A DNA stretch of 50,397 nucleotides from Callorhinchus milii (lineage: Eukaryota). How positions within the stretch are numbered: the stretch's first letter is position 1; each line of letters begins with the position of its first letter. The notes under the pieces are model-generated. The model made no database searches, was not told the DNA's origin, and saw only the letters and a list, made by a program, of their open reading frames with translations. The position numbers were made by a program, and so were the translations under genes. Below, piece after piece: positions 9,668-21,900 of this stretch. The stretch is taken from the NCBI RefSeq assembly GCF_018977255.1, contig NW_024705379.1, forward strand, positions 1-50,397, written 5' to 3'.

Positions 9668-9801
9668 TCTGCTGGTCGCGATGGAACCCGAACACGTGCA
9701 TGAGCTCATGAAGCACCGCGCCCTTCTCAACCTCGCTGAGCTCCAGGGCGATGGACCGAGATGCTTCTCCTGCCCTGGCACCCAGCAGTGAGGAGGAGTC
9801 C
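9668..9801 (-). CDS. Second, degenerate astacin-like zinc-binding exon
   Basis: 134-nt open exon, ttcccatcag acceptor and gtgagt donor, phase 2 to 1 like exon 5798-5972. Encodes DSSSLLGARAGEASRSIALELSEVEKGAVLHELMHVFGFHRDQQ. Confidence 0.8.
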
Positions 9802-11739
9802 CTGATGGGAAACCGCGTGTTTCACAGCAACATCCCTCACCGGCACCTCAAACACCGGACACGTTTTACAGAGGCCAAATGTCTAGTGCACTGCACTTTT
9901 GCACCAGTGACAATGCTAATTTTACGTAATATATTTTAACAAAGTGAGAGCTAATTTTCAAATGCAATAACAATGTGGGGACAGTTATATGTGTGTGTTT
10001 AAGATACGTGTTATTTTGTACACTTTCCAACTAAGTTTGAAATCATAAATGCATTATAACTGTCCATCTGTCTGTCTGTCTGAAGCAGGGCAGGGGTTTG
10101 GGGGAGATCATCAAATGAAAGGTAAATGTTATTGGAGAAAACCAAACAAATTGATCAAAGGGTTTCCCAAAACTTGGCGATTAAATCCAGCCATAAATAG
10201 AAAAACCTTTTTGGCCAATACGATCAAGTCACACATGCCATGTTTGTGATCCATATAATAGCAGGTAGTATCCATTCATAAAAAAAAAACTCAAAAGCAT
10301 GTTCGAACCATTACGGATTCCATGATTTCCCTTCCTTGTTAAATTTCAGCTGAGGGCTGATACAGACTCACGAAGGCCTACTCTTGTGAAACATGTGACA
10401 TGATCTGTAAATTTAACCAAAGACGTCATTTTGCACAGAGAGCCATCTCTGTAGCCTGTAAAAGATCTCCACCATGTCATCTGAGCCTAAAGTGAGCACG
10501 CAGTAGCGGCCTTCACTTGACTTCATGCAGCCTAGATTGAGTAGACAAAGCTGCAGCACTGAAGACTCCTGGACAGCACGTGTGTGTTTTTGTTATACAA
10601 CTAATGCTGCTGCCAGGGTTCTCCTCTCTTCACAGAGGCAGCAAAACAAACGTGCTGCCTTCCGATGTGTTACTTTTGTGCTGGAGGTCCAACAACAATC
10701 ATAAAGCCCCAATGAAATACAGGTATTCTTGATCCTGCGTACACAGGAAGTTCCTGATATGGTGTTGACTTTGGTCACGTGACCAGGAAGTTACGATTTA
10801 TGATTCTCTAAGCCATGAGGCAGGGTGTCAGCCATTATACAGAGTACAACATGGAGGCACAAATATCGTCTCAGTGAAGACAGGTGCATATGTTCATTGT
10901 GGGACTTTAAGAAGCATTGTCTGTAAGTTTGTTTATGTTCTTATATTACTGGGAATGCTGTTATAATATTAGGATTGCCGTTATAATGCTAAAAATACCT
11001 TTATAATGCTGTTAAATTGTTATGATAAATATGAGGTCTAGTTAACAACGAAGCCTGCCACTTGCATTATTGGGAATGTTACTTGTAATTGGATAATTCG
11101 AGCCAGACTTGTACCCATGTAACTTTAATGCGATCTTGAGAGCAAGGATGAAGAAGTATCTCATCCACAGTTCAGTGTTATGTGCAGCGCTGTACATTTA
11201 GGCTGCAGTATGGTGATTACACGAAGTGACCTTATTGAACACAGTAGCTTATTCTTTTGTATCGCTATTCGTTCTAATGTAGGTGCCTGGTTCATCCAGG
11301 ACCTATTGTGGAGTTTCATGTTATCTAAAACAATGTTATGATGCTGCAATGTTCATTCATTGTATCGATATTGCAAGCATTAACAGATGCTGTATTTGTG
11401 CTGTGTTTTTCCATCAGTTTTACCTCGTTCTATTCATTAAATACATTGGAGTCGGATGTTCACCCTGGCTCTAAAGGTTTATTGAATGTGAGGTTAACTA
11501 CTCGGATAGTGGTGCAACGCAGCGCACAGCGAGGCCGAGACAGTTACTGTATGATAGTAAAATGTCTAATTGAATGTTGTGGTTACATTGTCTGCATTTG
11601 TTTCTCATTTGTGCTATTTTATTTCATCCAAGAGATGCAAATTATCATCACAAGTGGCACTACAAATTTAACTGTTCTTAACAACTCACAGAGGATAATT
11701 TCAAACATTTGGGTGAAAATTAAGGCAATAGTTACATCC

Positions 11740-11905
11740 CTTTTACATTGTATTTATTGTTTAGTTATATTTAAGGGCTTCGTTTTACAGTTTTATTCGT
11801 TTAGAGTTTTATTTGTTTTTATTTGTTAAGGTTTTTTTAATCAGGTTTTTATTTCTTACAAGTTTTATACAGTTTAATGTTAGGGTTTTATTCAGTTTTA
11901 CTTGT
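11740..11905. repeat. T-rich low-complexity region
   Basis: Repeated GTTTT/ATTT motifs. Confidence 0.5.
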
Positions 11906-12031
11906 TCAAGGCTTGCTAACGGTCGGATTATTTAATGTAAAGCATTGAGGCATTGTGTGAATGTCACTGTATAACATTAAGTTGTAGTTGTATAGTTAGA
12001 TTCTTAGACAGAAAAAATAATAAAATCAAAA

Positions 12032-12076
12032 TCACGACGTTTCTCTTGCAACACAAGCAATCGTCTGCAGGTGAAA
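12032..12076 (-). ncRNA. Degenerate minimal type I hammerhead ribozyme motif (PLE-associated)
   Basis: Minus strand reads TTTTCAC-CTGCAGA-CGATTGCTTGTGTTGCAAGA-GAAA-CGTC-GTGA. Homologous to 12804-12852, but the CUGANGA core is mutated and stem II is weakened. Confidence 0.55.
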
Positions 12077-12803
12077 AAGAGGGGGAAATCGGCTGAGGCA
12101 GGCTGTTTATAAAGGTTTAGAGATGGGAGGGGCAGCTAATGCCAATATAGGAGCGAGTAGGAGAGAAAAAATTTGAGGAGCGAGTAGGAGAGATAAATAT
12201 TCTTGTAAATGTAAGCTCGGCGAGGACCCGGACGATGTAGTGGCAAGCCACCATTTATTAACACACCTAAAGGTTGGCTCTGTTAGTGAATGTAACTCAG
12301 ATTTTCGAAAATAACTGCTAACATAGGTAAGTAGGATAGGAACATCACAGCCAGTTATGACCTAAACTGGTTAATAACGTCCATCCAGTGATTATTCTTC
12401 AGTTTGTACCCATCTTCTCGGTTGAAATTGTGTCTGTGTTAAAATATCTGGATGGCTTCATGAACGAATCTTTGCTGATAGCCAGTGGGTTTGCAGAGTA
12501 CCTTTGTCTTGGCAAAATCAATTTCATGTGTGCCCACCGCGTTAAAATAATAGTCAGCCACAGCTGAGGTATTGGTCCTACCGTGTTTCAGATCTGCCTT
12601 ATGTTCACAAACCCGGTCTGAGACATGTCACTTAGTTTCCCCAATGTAACTGCTGCCACAGACACTGCTTAGTTTGTAGACACCGGGATATTGCATGTCA
12701 GGGATCATATACATCACAGATGGGAAACATCTTCTTGGTTCTTTTGGTAAAATCACGTAGAAGGGAAGTAATAAAATAATAAAAATAAAGCATAATAAAA
12801 TAA

Positions 12804-12852
12804 TTCTCACGACGTTTCGGCCACAACGCAAGCAGCCGTCCTCAGGTGAAAA
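12804..12852 (-). ncRNA. Minimal type I hammerhead ribozyme motif (PLE-associated)
   Basis: Minus strand reads TTTTCAC (stem I), CTGAGGA (core), C, GGCTGC-TTGCGTT-GTGGCC (stem II), GAAA, CGTC (palindromic minimal stem III, GUC cleavage triplet), GTGAGAA (stem I'). Confidence 0.8.
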
Positions 12853-12963
12853 CCAGGTCTGTCGAGGCGACAGCGTCTGAATGCTAATCCTGCATAATGC
12901 ACGGGCATAAGTAGTACTAATCACATACCTGCATTTCCCATAAATATGCTAAATTCCTCTTGA

Positions 12964-12993
12964 NNNNNNNNNNNNNNNNNNNNNNNNNNNNNN
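12964..12993. other. Assembly gap (30 N)
   Basis: Run of 30 N directly visible. Confidence 0.99.
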
Positions 12994-15900
12994 AAGTCAG
13001 GAGCTGTGAACCGACTCTCACGGAGAGGATGATACCAAGGTGCAATCGACTGTTGTGTATCCTCTTGTCAATCGACGTACCGCACTCCGTAGTACTCTTT
13101 AAGGTTTATTGCCTAATGGTACGAGTCAAGCAGTATCACAAAGTATCTGACATCGTCCGGCCACTTGTTCTGAGTCTGGAGGCGTGACACGGAGCCAGTT
13201 GAAGGGCAGATCTAGCGTATTGACGGAGCGTCGACATACGTTGAGGCCGTACGGGTGGACCTTTGATGTGAACTTAATGGAAGGATTCAACCCGAGCGAA
13301 TCTCCTTAAACCCGATTGGTTTGCTGCCAGGAGATTCAGAAGCCGAGACCTTACTGCGATGTGTGGGATTCCGCAAGCACGTACGAGCAAATTGAGTGCG
13401 GCGGATACAATCGACCTACAATTCCGGGCCGACATGCCCCTCAACCTCTCGCGCATCGTGCGGCGTAGGGTTTGTGCTCTGCTCCCCTAACCTTGGTCTA
13501 GAACCTCTGATAGTAGTTCAACTCTACCAGACTGCCATTTATAGACTGCTATGCGCGGCGGCGGCACGCCAGGCAATGGTTGCCTGAGTCTATCTATCAC
13601 AGCATGTTCTCCATCAAACCCTTACCGGTAGCCCCATCTGTACGCTACCCTGATCCATGCCGCACGCTAAGTCTTGCCACCAATACGGTAGGAACTCGTC
13701 TCTGTGAGAGAGCACGGACACTCGTCGACATCAGTAACCCGAGGGTCCATTGCTATGTACTAAGTTCAGTAAAAGGTCAAGGGTGCTAGGCTCTATAGGG
13801 ACGATTCGGAGGTCTAGTATCGGAAAAACGTTCGCGCGCGGATGCGCATGCCAGTTACTCGCCACTGTTAAAATTAGTTAGGGCCCGGCATACGATATGC
13901 TTGGAGATAGATCGCAGCTCACGAAAAAAGTTAAGTTAAAAGTCTTTAGGCTAGGGATGACGGGATAGATTCAGGGGCCTCCTCCTGACTGGTCCAGATG
14001 CTATCCTATTAAGAAAAAATTAAGATAAAGCTTGGCCTGATCACGCAACCAAGCCCGCCCATTTCCGTCGACGTAACAGAACATAGAGAATAGAGGCTAG
14101 TCTGTGATTCGGAGGGCTGCGTGGTGAACATAGGCCTATACCCTTGATTAGCTTGTTGCGTTTGGGAATCCGCCGTCGTGTAATCCCCCAACCTCGTCCT
14201 GTCGTCCGACGGATGAACAGTGCGGCATAGGATGGGTAGCAACCTCGCGTAAAAATAAAAACCGTAGTTCGGTGCCTTCGCTTCTTTTTCATGATCTAAA
14301 CGGTTGAGGTCGCGTGCTCAGATACAGAAGACATAGGCGAGGCTCCGAGTTCGGCACGAGGTGTACCCAGCCTAATGCCTCAACTCCCGAGAATAACCCA
14401 AGGAGCCATGGTCTCCTAATACGACCCCCGCACCTGTTTGCGACGACACCGCAGGACGGGTTTTCTAAGTTCGTCAGCGAGGTGTCCGATCGGAATCGCA
14501 GTACTCCCGAGCCACATCTGTTGTAAGGAAATGAGGGCTGATGGGTACGTTGTTCGTATGTCCTCCGGATATAGAAGGTTAGTACATATAAATAATAGGT
14601 CTCCCGAATTGCAAGGATGTGTTCCAGATCACAGATGCCGGAATCCACTTAAGGTAGCTATATCCAGCCATTAAAAAGACCCGATTCAGGAACAGTAAAT
14701 TCTATCCAGCGATGACACCCCTGACAGCCTATTATCAAGATTTATCGGGATGGAGGTTCAGGAGAATAGACTCTTCGAAGACCGCACCGTCACAAAGATA
14801 TGCCTGATCCTGCCTCGCCTGCCGCAGGAGCCCAAAGACCGTAGGGGGCCCTGGTTGGGTAAACTCCCTTCGTCTAATAGCTGGGGTCTACACAACCAAT
14901 AACTGAGATAGCGTTGCTACAGGCATGCGCTATAGTGATTCAGTAAATGGTGCGGGGGATTCCTCTACTCCATAGCACTGATGGATGTTTCTCAACTTAC
15001 TTCATTCTTTGTCGGTGATAAGAACATGTCCTGGGGGGTTGTTTCGTGTTCCGAGACGTGCGGGGAAGATAAGCACCTGGAGGTCACATAGCGGACACTG
15101 CACAGATTACAAAACAGGTATTTGGAGCCATAATACGCTACCGGCGGAGGAGTCGTGATACCGAAACGCCGCCTTTCCTGTGAGGCTCATAGACAGTTTA
15201 TGTCACGTCCACCCGCGGACAACCCTTGACTCGGATCCTGTATTGAGGGTCGTGCTTAGTTAATCGAAAGATTTCGGACATATCCATCCTCTGAATGTAA
15301 CCGTAATTGGAGATCAGACAAATACGCGAACACAGGTTTGCGGCTAAGATCGGTAACGTCAGGCCAACCCATCAGCGCGACCATAAACTAGCTCGCGACA
15401 CTGGTTGTCCTCCCCATATTCTCCCACTTTGAGACGCTAACTTAGACTACTACCGACATGAACGCGAGCAGATGGAGATGATCGGCCTGTCTCGCTACCG
15501 GAGCAAGAAGTCGAGAATTTGTTCTTGGTCACATGAACGAAGTTTATCAGCCGATTCGGAGTTTCCATACTGCGGAGATATTAACACATTCTGTACCTTA
15601 CAGTTTACCCAAGACTTCCGCGATAAAGCGACAATGGCCTAAGAATGGGTCCGATGTCAGGTTTGCCTCACTTTCGCACTGGAGAAAAGAGAGACGAATC
15701 TAGGCAACAACTGCCCAGCAACCAGTCCGCTGGCGCGTTCGGGAACCTGGGCTGAGCACTCAATGCACCTTGGACGCGTTGTGGTCTGTGCTCAGTCACC
15801 TCTTGATGCGTCCACGCACCCTTGCCATTGTACCTCGACCTCCGGTCCTTCACTGGTGCATGCTGTAGCGTCAACGGTTTACACGGTTAGTTTTTGGAGA

Positions 15901-18900
15901 TTGATTAACAAGAGGCACAGCTCATGATGATGGTGTCGGCTTTCCACTCGATAGAGCGACGGACCTCACGTGATGTGGATTTGTGCAGTACAGTGGGCAA
16001 AAACGTTGCCGAATGGAACTTCAGAATAATCCCCCCTGCCGATCTGTGCGCGTGTGACGAATTTATTCGTTCTTAAAATACCGTACATGTTAAAGCCGAG
16101 AGAATCTGTCTATTAAAATTCAGTAAAGGGATAAGAAGACCACTGTGCAGAGGAATTCCTATGCTTTGTGTAGCACTACACGGTATCATACAGTCTGTAG
16201 GATCCTAGCGACCCGCCCACTGACCATAAGGTTGTGGCCTGGCATAGCACATAAAACGCCCGTTGTACAGCCAGCATGTGAACCAATTTTACTATCCCGA
16301 GGAAATGAGGAACCAGTTAAGCCGGAAAACAGGCACAGATCGAGGTTTTTCCACCTTGCCATTCACCGATGTAAACTGAGAGGGCAGCATGCACATACTG
16401 ACTGCCGCATCATCACTTGTCAGAGGCCACATGCCGGCATTGTAGTGCCTCGAATTGCCTACACGCCGTACGCTAACCAGAAACCCGGTTCTATGCTCCG
16501 GTTTGTGGGCGGATAGATGACTCAGGGGCAGCCGAGCCCTCGCCACGTTTGCCACCCCTTGATTCTGTTTGGCTAGAAGTACCTGTACTGATGCATTCAT
16601 AGGAAATTTACAGAGGTGGGTGCTATATACCGCTCGAGGATGATCTGGTCCCGTCCTGGCTACTGCAAGCATATCAGCAGATAACCGGGTCTATCTGGCT
16701 AGGAGTGCTGACTTGAAATACAGACAACCGTTGATATGTGGGGAGTAACAAGCGGAGTGAAGTCACAGGCTATAATGAATCTGTGCGAAGTTTGGTCACC
16801 TACTTGCAGACAGTGAATAGCGAGAGATCCAGGTGACACCCCTAATACTGAAAGCCCTAATACCCATCCTGTGACGTAAATGAGCAAGCCTGTCTCCCGG
16901 TTTTGGTTCATAAGATAACTTTTACTGGGGATTCGTAAATCGCTGAAGGGTCACATCGAGACCTGCATTCCTGTACGAGCGGGTGCCTTGCCTCATATGT
17001 CTGACTTGCTTGTAATCTGAATCTAAGAGAGTGTATGAAGTCCCTGAGTCGGATGCTGACCACCGTTAGTAGCACATGGCTCGATTGAGAGGAGACCGTT
17101 GGAACATTGCCTATAATCTGCCTCCTTGTACTCCAGTCGGAACACCTCAATATTACCCTTCCGTTAAGCTTTTGCTGACCACATTGGGGAGATATACTGC
17201 TAGATTATCTTGAAGGGGGGGTCCGTCTACACAACAGTAGTGGGATAGGTCTATCATGGCTACAATACGTTCGTCGGCATCCCGGGTTGGGGGCGATTGG
17301 TGGGGAGGCTCGTGTTTTTAGAAAGGGTTCATGACGGCTTATTCATATCACCACGGCACCACATTCCTAGCGCAATTCCCAACAAACGTGACGATGTCCC
17401 AAACCAACTACGTACAAGCGTAGCGTCCTGTTCGTTGCCTGACTACCTGTCTTGACAGGGAATCTCACCTGTATACTCTAACACACTGGACGGACCGCGT
17501 GACTCGTGTGGTTAGAGACAATAAGTACCACAAGATAAACAGACGGCATCTTTGTAGGAGGGACACAGGGCGTAGGCGGCCTACGGGCCGCAGTTCTGGT
17601 CCTATTCCGGCTCATCCGTTTCAAATCTCTACATTAGTGCTTTCGACACTAGGCAGAGGGACTGCGGGGAGCTAAATATTGAGATGACTTCGGTGTCACA
17701 TCAACGTTGAGCAGAGGAGTAAGGTTACAAGTTATGTTCCCTAAACACTGCCGTTAAGGTAGAACTCTGCACAACCGACCCTGATTGTTTCCGAAACCGC
17801 ATCCTACTTGCTAGGCCGTAGTAACAGCCGAGGTTGGAAATTGGCCGGTGTGATGAATCTGCCCAATTCGACCTTTCGGACCGGGGCGGTTTGGAGTTTA
17901 AACTAACCGATTATTAAGGTTGTTGACTAAAAGTAAATGTTCGAAGTAAAATAGAAATGCCTACTTTCTTGTTGTTATTTCCCCACGAACTGAGCTATTT
18001 GTTGCCTTTTTGCTTAATGTAGCACGTACATCACTCTTTGAAAACAGTTAGGGGACGTAGGGTGAAGACAGTCGGGCAGTTCGGCCTGAGCACTGAGGCG
18101 TGACCCATGTGTGATCGACGTAGTAAAGTGCTAGGCACATCCTCCAATCGAACGCCCGTTACTTAGACCAAAAGTCTAGGATCACAACTTATCGCCATAT
18201 ACGGACCTCGTAATATCAGAAAAGAGGATACACCTTCTATTCGCCGACTTGCGTGGGGGTTAGGAGCCTTTACATGCGAGGCCAGGCCATGCCTTTGGCA
18301 AACAACGTTTACATCTAATTAATTGGATAAGCATAAATTCGCGGCTAGTAACCTCCCCCGCCCTCGTAGACTGATGCCGGCGTCCTTTGATCCATTCAGC
18401 GATACTGTATTCCCGAGTCGGGTGGAGTGTAGGATTTCAGGCCGACCACGCCCGTGAACTTCGAATCGTCCACCTCAGGCTGTACAGCCTCTTCCGTCGG
18501 CAATATAAATTCTCTACGTGGTAATGAAGTAATGTGTTGGGATCGGGTGGCAGAGAAAAAAATTGTTTTTATGGACGGACCACAAGCTATGGCCTCCACA
18601 TCTACTGCTACGCAGTATCAATGAGAATGGGCGCAAAGGACTAGGATCGGGATAAGGCTACCGTTTGATGAAATGCTGAACACTCTCCTTCCTGTCTGAC
18701 AGAAGTACTGCTTCATAACGATGAAATGCTTGATATTAGCTAGTACTACGTGCTGGCATTGTTTGTGTATCTTAAAAGGAGTGCCCCCGGTAACTGAATC
18801 AACCTAAAAACCACCCGTAGTTATTGAGACACTTGAACCCTAAGCAGGGGTTAGGATCCTGCTTGAGCGGTACGCTCGTAAAAGGCTGAGTTCAGACGAG

Positions 18901-21900
18901 GCATGCCGAGTTCTTTTTTGCAAAACATGCTGCCAGAGGTTATGAGAAGGCTTGGGATTTCCGATAACTTCGTGGCTACTTGTAAGAGCAAACGAATCGG
19001 TTACCACAAGGACATGTCAGCAGGAACTTAGGAGCGACCGCTCATGAACATCGAGCTAAAAGCTCTCTAGCCCTACCGTCCAGGGCACGTAGCCGCATGG
19101 CGACATCTAGGGAAATTCAGAATGGTGTTAAAAGACCCCTCTCAACCAATCACTCGTGTACGGCAGAATGATCTGGTAGACTAAATTCAAGGGCGGTGGT
19201 TTAAAGCTGGTCTTGTCACGTACATGGCGAGATTCAGTGAATTAGTTCTGCCCGCGAGGGGGACTTATAACCACTGGGTCGTTGCACATCCTAGCCTAAT
19301 TCGCCAGGCCGTATGCGGCGTGATTCTATTTGCTGGGTGAACCAGCTAGATCGGGCTACTCGTATCAAGGGCCTGCGGCTCTATAGAGGGCTAATGACCC
19401 GCACGATTTGATAGCCGGAATGATGCAGCGGATAGGGAGTTCCGAAGAGCTAACCCATTGTCGAGGATAGTGAAAACGGCTAAACTTACGACAAGCCCAC
19501 AAATCAATGGCGACCCAACGAGTGTCTCTAAGTCCAGGGAACCCTTCGATAACGACAGGCTGGTTCGGGGCCTCGATATACGGGACGCATATTTAGCCAG
19601 TCTTTGACAAATACAAGAGTCAAACAATCGAGTCCCAGGTGAGAGCTTGAGCCGCTAGTAGTAAGTACTAGTGCAAGGTCGTAGCTGACTGTGATTTGAT
19701 GGTCAGGGAGATTATGCATTGTGGATACGGTCTGTACAGACTTTGCTGCTACGGGCCAGGGACTGAGGTTTCGTCAAGTCCGATTTCATCATTAATCGGA
19801 ATCAATCCCAGATCTGTCACGACGACAAACAGAAATCGTCGTCCCGGTGTAATATATCCGAGGACATGATGATGTGTTAGTAGGGGAACATACGATGGGT
19901 TGGAACTGGAGGATGCCGGGCTTGTTTGGTCAGCACCTTTCATTGTGTGTGTCACGTCAAACACTTGGACGTAATGGCAAAAATGGTATTATCTGGCTGG
20001 TAGGTTGACAAATTTGGCGCATCTTTAGCAGCAATGGTTGCGTGTCGACGAAAATTTGAATCCCCTGGGCCTACGACGCTCGCCCTTAACCAATTTCGGA
20101 GAGCCTTTTGACCGGTGTAAATTTCCGTCCGGTGTCAGGGTATGCATAGACACGCCCTAAATGTCTCCTTTACTGCAGCCTCCAGCGTCGTATAGTCGAG
20201 AAGCACAATTCTTATAAAGCATATGGCCCGTTGCTCATCAATCGTCGTGACGGAGTCGAAAGATTTTCATTAATGCGATCATTAATTCGGCCGTGACTTA
20301 TTCGTGCCTCAGCTATTATTCGTGGTGTTAGTATTTCCTCGGCCCCGAGCCGTGCCGGAGTGTGGTACAACCTACGTATAGTCCATGCCCTTAAATTCCC
20401 GAGCACCGCACATGTGTAAGTAGAGGCATAGCCAGCTGCCATTAGCGACTCCGATAAGTTATCGGGCCGGTGTTCCGACTCAACGTATCAGAAAGTGATT
20501 CGCAGGCCATTCGTCCTATGCATAAGTACGGCAATGCCTGGCTCAGCGTTATTACGCATGTTTCGCAGCAGGGCCGCGCCGCACATCTTGTCAGCCGGCG
20601 GAAGTGAGCCCGAATCTTATAACGTACGATTTGATCGATAGGAAAGCGAGTTACTGGAGTTAGAAGTATGGGATAATTAGACATAATTGCCATTCAGATT
20701 ACGAAGCCGAGCCGGGACAACTTCACAGCATAATGTTGGATCTAGACGCGATATCCAAAACGAGGATAGTCTGCTCCTTGGATGTTGTCCAGGTTCAGCA
20801 CTTTCAGTCTCGACCCGACGAAATTGTACGCTAAAATTGTGTATCTGTTTGCGTGGGGGTTTTGAGTACACAAGAGGACCTACCGGAACGCTTCGCAACG
20901 TCTATTATTTCCGCCGAAACGAATAATGGGTACCACCGGCGCCCCTGTAATGCGAAATCCAACTAATATACAAGCAGAGCGTGTAAAAATTTGCCAGCAT
21001 TCTGGGCCATGAGACCTTACACTGCTTCACTCTTGCTAGTGGAGCCCAGGCGAGTCAGTAAGGCCCAGTGAAATGGGCTCGTGGGGCTCTTCCATATAGT
21101 GTCGGAATAGCCCACGCTACCTGCGGTCTGATGTCGTCTAAGTGCGGATGGGGATTAAGCGCTGATCCGTAGGTGCGCGCGGTCATCGCCCCTACCTACT
21201 CTACTGAGATGGCCAACTACTCCGAGTGTCCCGGCGTTGCGAATTGTGAGTTGACCTGCACCTTCGGACCGTGCGCACTGAGATCGGACAGTTCATCATC
21301 AGTAGGGGGAAGAGCCGCCCAACTACCAAGAACGTTACCTGCCACGTAGCCTCAAGCCGAGTGGCAAATGCGGCCATTTGGATTATTCCCTGATCTAATG
21401 CCTTTTGTCGATTGGTTGACAGTACGAGAGTGATCCAGCATATGACGTGCAGATTGCGGTCCATTCGCCCCTCTCCCTCTTAAAACCTGAACAAAAAAGA
21501 TGAGCACGTAAATTTCTTATCACTCGGCGGCGAAAGGGTACAACTAGGGGCCCGGCAAATGCTGGCTGCTTAAGGCGAACTCAGCAGTGCTGATCTGGCT
21601 GTAACCTGTTAAACTGCCACTAAGTCAACTAGGGAACTACGAGGTACGCGCGCCCGTTCGCACGATTCGCTCCAGATAAGAGGATTTTAAGCACTAAGAG
21701 AGGGGACGCTGCATAAATGTAGGGGCCATATGTGTGCACGTGACGTTTAAAGCCTATCTTAGCACAACATGTGGATTTGTAGGCTTGATAGCATACAGGT
21801 CGACAGTTTTGCTAACCGCCCTAACTAGCCAAATGGGTCGTGGATTACTAGAAACTGTGTATTGAACAAAACTCGTTGGTAGGGTTCAACGCGCTACCAA

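Larger units (their letters stand above)
12010..12870 (-). mobile_element. Penelope-like retroelement remnant (GIY-YIG endonuclease plus tandem 3' ends)
   Basis: ~12700 down to ~12370 translates, with stops, as PGVYKLSSVCGSSYIGETK*HVSDRVCEHKADLKHGRTNTSAVADYYF...HEIDFAKTKVL...RFVHEAIQIF*HRHNFNREDGYKL, a typical PLE GIY-YIG C-terminal domain. It is flanked by two related ~60-bp 3'-end repeats. Confidence 0.88.

Noticed and set aside
10372..10455. Candidate upstream minus-strand exon (YRDGSLCKMTSLVKFTDHVTCFTRVGL)
   Set aside because: Good splice sites, but the only open frame is phase 1-1. That is incompatible with the phase-2 entry of exon 9668-9801, and there is no clear homology.
11100..11340. 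Possible L2/CR1-type LINE 3' ORF2 remnant
   Set aside because: Only a vague resemblance (KNKLL..RSLRVIT); too weak to call without a search.
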